From Octopus vulgaris (lineage: Eukaryota), in contig OX597819.1 in the NCBI GenBank assembly GCA_951406725.2, positions 91,822,001 through 91,886,000 of the forward strand: a stretch of 64,000 bases of DNA, given 5' to 3'. The notes under the pieces are model-generated. The model was given only the letters and a program-made list of their open reading frames with translations. It made no database searches and was not told where the DNA came from. The position numbers and the translations under genes are program-made. Position 1 is the first letter of the stretch. Each line of letters starts with the position of its first letter. Below are positions 56,219-64,000 of this stretch, piece by piece.

Positions 56219-56670
56219 GTTTGTGTGTATTTGTGTTTGTCCCCCAGCATCGCTTGACACTGATGTTGGTGTGTTTACGTCCCCGTACCTTAGTGGTTCG
56301 GCAAACGACGTATAGGATAAGTACTAGGCTTACAAAGAATAAGTCCTGGGGTCGATTTGTTCGACTGAAGACGGTGCTCCAGCATCACCGAAGTCAAATG
56401 ACTGAAATAAGTAAAAGAATAAAAGAAAATATTTATATATACGTAATGGGGGTACTGAAAAATTCCTGGCTTTTAGGGTATCGCGAAAGACCTGGTTGGC
56501 GGCCCAACCTTCTTAGTTCTTTTACAGGACTTAGAAAAACTGAAGGACCGCTGCAATGTGTGTGCGAATCTGAGAGGGGAATATGTTGAGTAAAATCATG
56601 ATTAACTCCTGCATTTTAGCCTCCTGCATTATAGTTTACCCGAAACCAGGAACTTTTCAGCATCCCCTCG
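55784..56670 (+). mobile_element. MITE M1 (55784-55998), SINE A (56014-56425), MITE M1 (56442-56670)
   Basis: Two directly oriented M1 copies flank a complete SINE A. Outer ends TA|cgacgggg and cccctcg|TA. Confidence 0.8.
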
Positions 56671-56797
56671 TATGCACTATGATGGATTTATAATTCTTGC
56701 ATTCATTATTCACTGTCGGCCGCAAGCAATATCAGTGCTTGTTCATGCTGATGTTAATGTGATGTTCCAGATTTGCTATTGTTTAAAAAAAAAAATA

Positions 56798-57130
56798 GGC
56801 GCAGGCATGGCTCATTGGGCAAGTGCCTTCTGCAATAGCTTCGAGCCAACCAAAGCTGGTTGAGTGGATTTTGTAGACGGAAACTGAAAGAAGCCCGTCG
56901 TATACATATCTGTGTGTGTGTGTTTGTGTCTGTGTTTGTCCCCCACCCTCATCATCGCTTGACAAGTAGTGTTGGTGTGTTTACCTTCCTGTAACTCAGC
57001 GGATCGACAAAGAGACCGATAGAATAATTACTAGGCTTAAACATAAGTCCTGGGGCTGATTTGTCCGACGAAAACACTTCAAGGTGGAGCTCCAGCATGG
57101 CCGTAGTCAGATAACTGTTAACAAGTAAGA
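56798..57130 (+). mobile_element. SINE family A with a head deletion
   Basis: aggcgcaggcatggct..gggcaagtgccttctgc..gacggaaactgaaagaagcccgtcg. Confidence 0.75.
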
Positions 57131-57469
57131 GACTAGCCACATTTTGCTAAATGTCTGTTCATTTACATACTGTCTCTAAGATATATTTGTGCACTCACTC
57201 GTACAATATTCATCGTTATTTGAGTTTCAATTTACTTAATTCCCGCTGTGACGTGACATGTTTTAAAATGTGATTAAGTGGAACTTGGATTTTTGTTTTC
57301 GATTTTGTTAGTTTAATTTCATATAAATAATCAAAGCCAGCCATTTTCATTGTTTAATCTACATTAAATTTCTATCTGTTCTAAATAATGTACTACTGTA
57401 AAAGTCAATCAATCAGTCTATCAATGTACTCACTCACTCACTCACTCACTCTGTTTGTATGTGTCTGTT

Positions 57470-57500
<31 letters not shown>

Positions 57501-57687
57501 GCCTCTTTCTTTCTCTTTCTCTCTTTCTCTCTCTAGCTCTTTCTTTCTCTCTCTATCTATCCGTCTGTCTCTCTGCTTATCTGTCCGTTCGTCTATGTCC
57601 ATCTTTCGCTCTGTCTGTTTGTCTGTCCATTTTTACAGACTCTATTGGTAATCATTTTAAACGAAATTTTGATTTTATATTTTTAAG

Positions 57688-58793
57688 GGGTGATCCATTG
57701 CAAAAGCTACCCAGGGGTTCAGATGCACCAGACACTACTGCTGACGTGGCAAACCCTCCATCTGTTCAGACGTCATACAAATCGGTTACTACTTCGTTTA
57801 AGATGGCAGAGCCAACACAGCAGAATAAAAAAACTGAGCGCTCAATTATGACGAAGAAGACAACGCATCAAAACATCATTAAAACCTCTCAACAAAAGCA
57901 CACCAACTTTATGATGCCCGGAAGACCAAACCAACAACAGGAACCGCAAGCATTTAACCAAATCCACCAAAATTTTTATGGGGGGTCACAGGGGACCCAA
58001 CAACCTATCGATAATCGATCCGTCACCCCGCAAGCAGTTCATCCCGATCAAAATTTAATTCAACAGCAGAGAATCACTCATCAGAGTAATGTCACGCAAT
58101 TTACTCAGGATCAGCATAATCATGTAACAACCACCGAAACAAAAGTTCACCATACCTATATGGGTCCCCTAGAGCCACATCAACCATTGGCTGGTACAAA
58201 GCCAAAGGTCGCTAGTCACCTACCTTTGCGACCACCGCCACCTTTAATTGCTGCCAAACCGCAGCCGTTTAAATCACCATCTGTGTCGCCCATGCCACCG
58301 AGTTCTCCAGTTTCTTTTCCCGTAGAAGACAAAGAGAACGTTTCTCCTGCTGATTCTAGCTCCAATATAAACATACCCAAATTTAATGTGGTTAACCTAA
58401 AAAACGTGGTTAATAGGCCATGGGGTGAGGTGCATTTAGATGAATTACATATTCCTTTGCCTAATTATCAATCAAAATTGCAGACTGTTCCTAAAAGAGA
58501 CACGTCACCAACTGTGGAAAAGAAAACAATTGTCATTCCTGAAATGACGATCCAGCCATTAACTGAGGAGGAACTTATGGCGAAAAAACTGGCCGGGAAA
58601 CAACCTGATTATTATGAAGAGATTAAAGATGACGAAAATTTGATTGTACCTATTTTTGTTGAAGATCGTCCACACCTACCCGTATTTGGCCCCCCTGTGG
58701 TATATGGTCTCAACCCAGCTTTGGTGCCGTTTCAACAGAAGAGTGTTGAAGAAGAGAGTGTAGCGTCTGAAGCAAGTTCTGGCTCCAAGAAGA
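57688..58793 (+). CDS. Large coding exon (about 368 aa) of the same PDZ protein; Gln/Thr/Pro-rich, probably disordered
   Basis: Non-repetitive open frame inside ORF 57455-58849. Acceptor ttttatatttttaag| is phase 2 and completes Arg with the PDZ exon (ag+g). Strong donor aaga|gtaagt, phase 1. The N-terminal part of the track ORF is microsatellite read-through. Confidence 0.85.
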
Positions 58794-59223
58794 GTAAGTA
58801 TTTAATCAGTTCAATGTTCTTGTTTTTAGAAAAGAAACATAAAGTATAAACTCTTTTTCTGAAACTACTAAATATTTTGTAAATTTTAAACCCCAATAAA
58901 GGAGCATCAAGCGATTGAAGAAAGGTCCAGCTGTGAGTTAAAACAGAACACTATATGGTTACTTAAAAGAATCGTACATGCTAGATATACTTACTGAAGA
59001 GAGCACTCAACTCGAAAATATGGCAAATCTCACTGTATAACATCACATTGAACATACAGATATATCAAGGAGAAATTTCATTTATGTGTGTTTGCGTATG
59101 TAAGTATGTATGTGCGTGTAAATATGTGCACCTATGTATGCGCAATCATTTTGGATCCTATATACACACATGTATTTACATAGACATATGTCTGTGTGTG
59201 TTTCTATATTGTATAAATATATT

Positions 59224-60070
59224 CGAGGTGTGATCAATAAGTATACAGACTGTTGCCATAGTAACGAAGATAAAGCGTACAGAGTGAAGCAGCTTGGCAC
59301 AGATAGACCTTGAATTCTGCTGTGCATGCGCACTAAGTTTTAACGTCCTAGCTTACACTGTTTACAGAAGTGCTTGGAAGTAACGTATGTAGCATGTTAT
59401 TGTCATATTGATCAAGAGACAGAAAGTTATCATGGCGATACCTGCTCAGAGGCAGAAAGTGTATGGAGAGGAGTGTATGAGCCCCACACAAGTATACGAA
59501 TGTTTCAGAAGTTTCCAAGATGGCCGAAAAATGTCAATAGTGACGGACATTTTGGGAGACCCGCAACCAGCAGAACCAAGAAAAACATAGCAGATGTGCG
59601 TGCAGCTGTGAGTGGAAATCGTCGAATCACCATCCGTGAGTTATCAAAGGATGTGTGGATTTGTTACACTTGGGTATGAGACGCATGTCTGCCAAGTTTG
59701 TGCTCAAGCTGCTTTCAGCTGACCAAAAAACACTCGGGTTTCCGTTGCATAAGATCTCCTTGATTGTGTCGAGAACGATGAAAACTTTTTGAAATCTTTG
59801 CGTAGGCCTCTGAGTAGGTATCGCCAAGCTTTTGGCAATATTTGATATAGATTCTCTGCTCAACTTTCTCTGTCATCGTCAATGCGACGATCACACGATA
59901 CATGCCTTCCTTCCAAGTGCTGCTGTAAACAGCAGATGTGAGTTAGAACGTTAAGACATAGTGCGCATGCACAGAATAGTTCAAGGTCAATCTGTGTCAA
60001 TTGGCTTTTGCTCTGCGTGCTTTAGCCTCGTTACTTTGGCAATAGTCCGGATACTTATTGTTCAGGCCAT
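59224..60070. mobile_element. Mariner derivative built from two inverted 5' ends
   Basis: Left arm: TIR and transposase N-terminus on + (KVYGEECMS..GRP.TSRT..NRRITIREL). Right arm: TIR and MTEKVEQRIYIKYCQKLGDTYSEAY on -. Arms are homologous over more than 200 bp. Confidence 0.85.
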
Positions 60071-60484
60071 GTATGTGTGTGTGTGTGTATGAACATACAT
60101 GTATACACGTACAGATCTAGTAATATTTTCTTATAATAGCAAGAAACTATAAAATGTGTGAGGGAAGGCACGGTCGGACAATCCAATTTTTTAAATCTTA
60201 TCGAAGTTACATAAGAGGAAAATCAAACCCGAACTTAAACAAAATGGAAATAAAAAGAAAGGGGAATCGGTATAAATATAGAAAAGCATTTAGTTCGATG
60301 CTGTACATTTCCTAAAAAAAATTGAAGTCTGGAGTTAAGTAACAACAATACCAACAAATGCTGACCATCTCTCAAGATTTTTGTGCGACAACCAGCACGG
60401 AGTCAGTAAGGAACACAGTAAAATAACATGTAGGGTCTAGACGATATAATTTTGATTCTTGCAAGAAGCGTTGTTAATATCTTT

Positions 60485-60690
60485 TATTTTTTATCTTTTA
60501 TTTGTTTCAGTCATTAAACTGCGGCTATGCTGGAGCACGGCCTTGAGGAATTTTTAGTCGAATGTATCGATCCAGGAACTAGTATTTTTTTTAAAGACTG
60601 GTACTTATTCTATCGGACTCTTTGGTCGAAACGCTAAGTTACACGGGCGTAAATACACCAGTGTCAGTTGTCAAGTGGTGTGGGGGACAC
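60485..60690 (-). mobile_element. SINE A 3' half
   Basis: Reverse complement of the family A tail. Confidence 0.7.
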
Positions 60691-60738
60691 ACACGTACAC
60701 ATACATACATAATACATACATACATATATATATATATA

Positions 60739-60772
<34 letters not shown>

Positions 60773-60821
60773 ACGGGAAGCTTTATGAAAATAAACAAAA
60801 GACGAAGGCAGGTGGAAAACA

Positions 60822-60864
<43 letters not shown>

Positions 60865-60867
<3 letters not shown>

Positions 60868-61030
60868 ATCCAAACATGAAAACACCAAGAGAAAACACAA
60901 CAACGCGAGAACATGGAACAAATATAGTATTATTGGACGCTCAGGAAGGAAGGGAAGAAGGAGGGTTCTACGTTTCGAGCGGAGCTCTTCGTCAGAAACA
61001 TAGGAAAAGGAAAGATCCAGAGAAGGAAGA
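60865..61030 (-). mobile_element. Family H element inserted in (TA)n
   Basis: Homologous to 43595-43797 and flanked by TA-type repeats. A further family H tail fragment lies at 60773-60824. Confidence 0.65.
60965..60999 (-). ncRNA. Minimal type I hammerhead ribozyme with intact core
   Basis: GTTT-CTGACGA-A-GAGC-tcc-GCTC-GAAA-CG-TA-GAAC: palindromic ACGU stem III, GUA cleavage triplet, 4-bp stem I. Confidence 0.7.
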
Positions 61031-61799
61031 CACGTATGTATATGTATATGATATGTACATATGTATATAACTATAGACACACGTACTCACACGCATTTAC
61101 GTATGCATATATATGCGCGTGTATGCATGTACGTAGAAATATACATAACTTTGTCATTCGGGCTAGCAACATTACTTATATTTGACAGTAACTTTAGGAT
61201 TAAAGATATTCAATGTAACATTACAAAAAAGAAACGCAAATTAAAAATGTGGTAAGTAAAAGGTGACCACTTGGCTCAATGACAAACATTATTTAAATCG
61301 TATTAAACATGTAAAGGAAGAGACTGTAACATATTTCTATCTTATTTGACCTCTTCAGCAAGTGTAGACTACAATGTATACACTGAAGATGCCATGGCAT
61401 TCTCATTAAGTAGATGTTAAAATACTGTACACTGGTAAGTGTGGAAAATTAGTGTATTTAAAATAACATATCACTGAGGTTAATCTCTTAGGGACGCTTT
61501 CTGCATTACAAACAGTTGTTAATTAACCTGAGTGATATTTTTTCTTTGCAAATATGCTAAATTTTCTCACTTCGTGTGTGATATAGTGTTTTTCGCATAC
61601 TTATTTCAGTGAAGTTCAGGTTTCACTGATGAGTTAAAAAAGAAAAAAAAACTGAAAAGTATGGAGTTGTCTCCCGTGTTTGCCGATATGAATAACATAT
61701 CAGTCATTGAACCCCTGTAATCTTTTGCTCACTACATGTTTCGAATTACGTTTTTTTTTATTCTCAGTATATTATTCTTTGTGCGCACGCATGCACGCA

Positions 61800-61894
<95 letters not shown>

Positions 61895-62225
61895 TTCATA
61901 TACATATGTGTGTGTGTGAATACATACATACATAAATACATATATATATATATACACAGACACAAATATGCATACATACAACACACACATAATATACATA
62001 CATACATACATACACACACACATAAATATATGCGTATGTATATAAGTGTACATATATACCTGCATACATAGCTATATGTGTGTATGTATATATTTACATA
62101 CATATATGAATAAATACATACATATTTTCATTCATATTTAGGAATACTTAACTATACTTTGTCGTGCAGATGACGCCCTCGAATAATTAACGTCAAGGAA
62201 TATTTTTTTCATTTGTTAATTTAGT

Positions 62226-62373
62226 GGAAAGTGATTCTGTTTTAATGCCTTATTAACACACTCACCGGTTCGATTTCAACTCAGAAAAAAAAAAGATAAT
62301 AAATAAGTAAATGAGTGGAAATCGAACCTGTGAGTGTGTTAATTAATAAGGCATTAAAACAGAATGTCTCTCC
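62226..62373. repeat. Long inverted repeat (about 58-bp arms, about 28-nt A-rich loop)
   Basis: attctgttttaatgccttattaacacactcaccggttcgatttcaactca pairs with tgagtggaaatcgaacctgtgagtgtgttaattaataaggcattaaaacagaat. Confidence 0.9.
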
Positions 62374-64000
62374 CCAGACACAATATATGCTTCAACACAC
62401 GAATTCACATATAGAATCTTGCAAACCAAATACAAAACCGAAATTTAGTAGGAGTTAAATTAAAAAAAATTTATTGGGTAAAATCTAAGAATGTTTCTTG
62501 AAAAACTAATGCTATTTCCGATATTCAGCAACAATTAAGTATTTCCCGCTTGGACAACTAGCAACTAAAACAACAAACACTTAGTTAAACTACGGGCTAT
62601 TTTAGGCCCACCTGTCGAAATTTCAACTCCTTTAATAATCCCATTAATCAAAGTGTCACTTAAACGTGTACATGTATTTTTTAGGTAGATGCTTATAGCT
62701 ATGCATTATTATAACATGTTAATTGCCAGGAGAGTTTCATTTTCGAAGACCACCGTTTATCACTAAATAAGTGCGCTATGTGTCGCTGCCGAAAGGCATA
62801 TTATAGGATACAGCTTATGTGGAGGCGCGTGGCTTAAAAACATATGTACTGCGGTCGATCGTTTGACTAAACCCTTCGTGGATGTTCCCTAGCATGGTTA
62901 AACTGCTGTTCAATGACTGAAACACTTAAAAGATAAAGTGATTACATTGCATTATTGTATTATCTAGTTAGTGTTAGATATACTGTTGAAGCAAGGCAAA
63001 TAGTTGTAATTGTTAATATTTTTCTTTGTGAAGTTATTATTCAGTTGGCTGTCTCAAAGTTGTTCCAGTCGCACTCTTTAAAGGATAAACTAACCTTTCC
63101 ACGGGGATAAAAAACAAACAAACAAAAGTTTACTGCTGGGTTTTTGAAAATATGAGAAAAATATGTTGTATCGTAGGAGTGTTATTGTGTCAATAATAAA
63201 CGCAAATCTGCTCCGAATCCTTCCGGATTGCTGTGCCATTTCCTCAAGGTCTCCTTCAGAAGAAGAATAGGAGGAGAGAGAGTATGTGATTCATGAGATG
63301 GTAAGTAACGACTAATGGACATTGGCAAACAACTCATTGATTGATTAACTGACGGATTAAGCGAGCAATCGAATAGTTAGTTGGTTAAATAACCAACCAA
63401 TTGACTAACTAATAATATAGAAGTGAAATTGAACCAGTGCGTGTGTTTATTATTGGTGCAATGATCCTCTCATGATACAACAAAATTTTTTCAGCACACG
63501 AGTTCATATTAGGAATCTTGCTTAACAAATACAAAAACGAAATATATTAGTCTCAAATGGAAATTGAATCTTACTACATGTTACAATTTTAGTTAGAATT
63601 ATGTCTTGAGATGTAATGGGCAGCGACCATTGAGAAGATATTTATTAAAATCAGTATTTTTATCAACTGATATATGTTGTTTATTAGGTTTCACCTGGGA
63701 TCATCTATTGCAGCTATGGTAAATACTTTACAGCAACAAGCTATTCATAATTTGTAATAATAACTTTGAAAAAATGGTTAAAAGAAGGATAAATATTCAT
63801 ATATACGTTTGCTACAAGTGTAATATGATTAGATTCTTGGTCTTCCTTATAAGAGTAGTTCACAAAAATATTAAATAAACCTCGAATCTATCTATCAGAG
63901 CTTAATCTACAAGGCACAAATAAATCATACACAAATGAGAAACAACTTATCTCCCTTTACGACATAACGTCTTGTACAAAAGAAAAGTTACCTACAGGAA

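Noticed and set aside
56002-56589. 195-aa ORF (and similar ORFs at 31795, 40774, 50126, 53235)
   Set aside because: Chance read-through of SINE and MITE sequence.
57455-57687. N-terminal part of the 464-aa ORF and the alternative acceptor at 57638
   Set aside because: It translates a TC/TCTG repeat. The 57638 acceptor is phase 1 and incompatible with the phase-2 PDZ exon.
58994-59024. CTGAAGA-GAG-loop-CTC-GAAA hammerhead-like motif
   Set aside because: Only a 3-bp stem II, with no convincing stem III, cleavage triplet or stem I. Could be chance.

Overview
AT-rich, microsatellite-dense animal genomic DNA. The repeat families look cephalopod/octopus-like, which is an inference and not confirmed. 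Almost all ORFs in the supplied track are microsatellite or SINE artefacts. One real gene is supported on the + strand by two phase-compatible exons. A 152-bp exon missed by the ORF track (52970-53121) encodes the second half of a PDZ domain of SYNPO2/SYNPO2L/Zasp type. It splices to a 1.1-kb Pro/Gln/Thr-rich exon (57688-58793). The rest of the window is transposon debris: several tRNA-headed SINE families, mariner elements and MITEs, RTE LINE fragments and at least four decayed Penelope-like (RT/GIY-YIG) elements. The most unusual layer is RNA structure. It includes a divergent pair of type I hammerhead ribozymes on opposite strands beside a Penelope remnant, a dispersed family of about 200-bp microsatellite-embedded elements each carrying a minimal hammerhead, and a degenerate HDV-like ribozyme at the 5' end of an RTE-related element. 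Several long inverted repeats lie close to the coding exons. An intronic CCAAT/E-box/X-box cluster may drive a PDZ-less isoform. All calls were made by eye and repeat boundaries are approximate.
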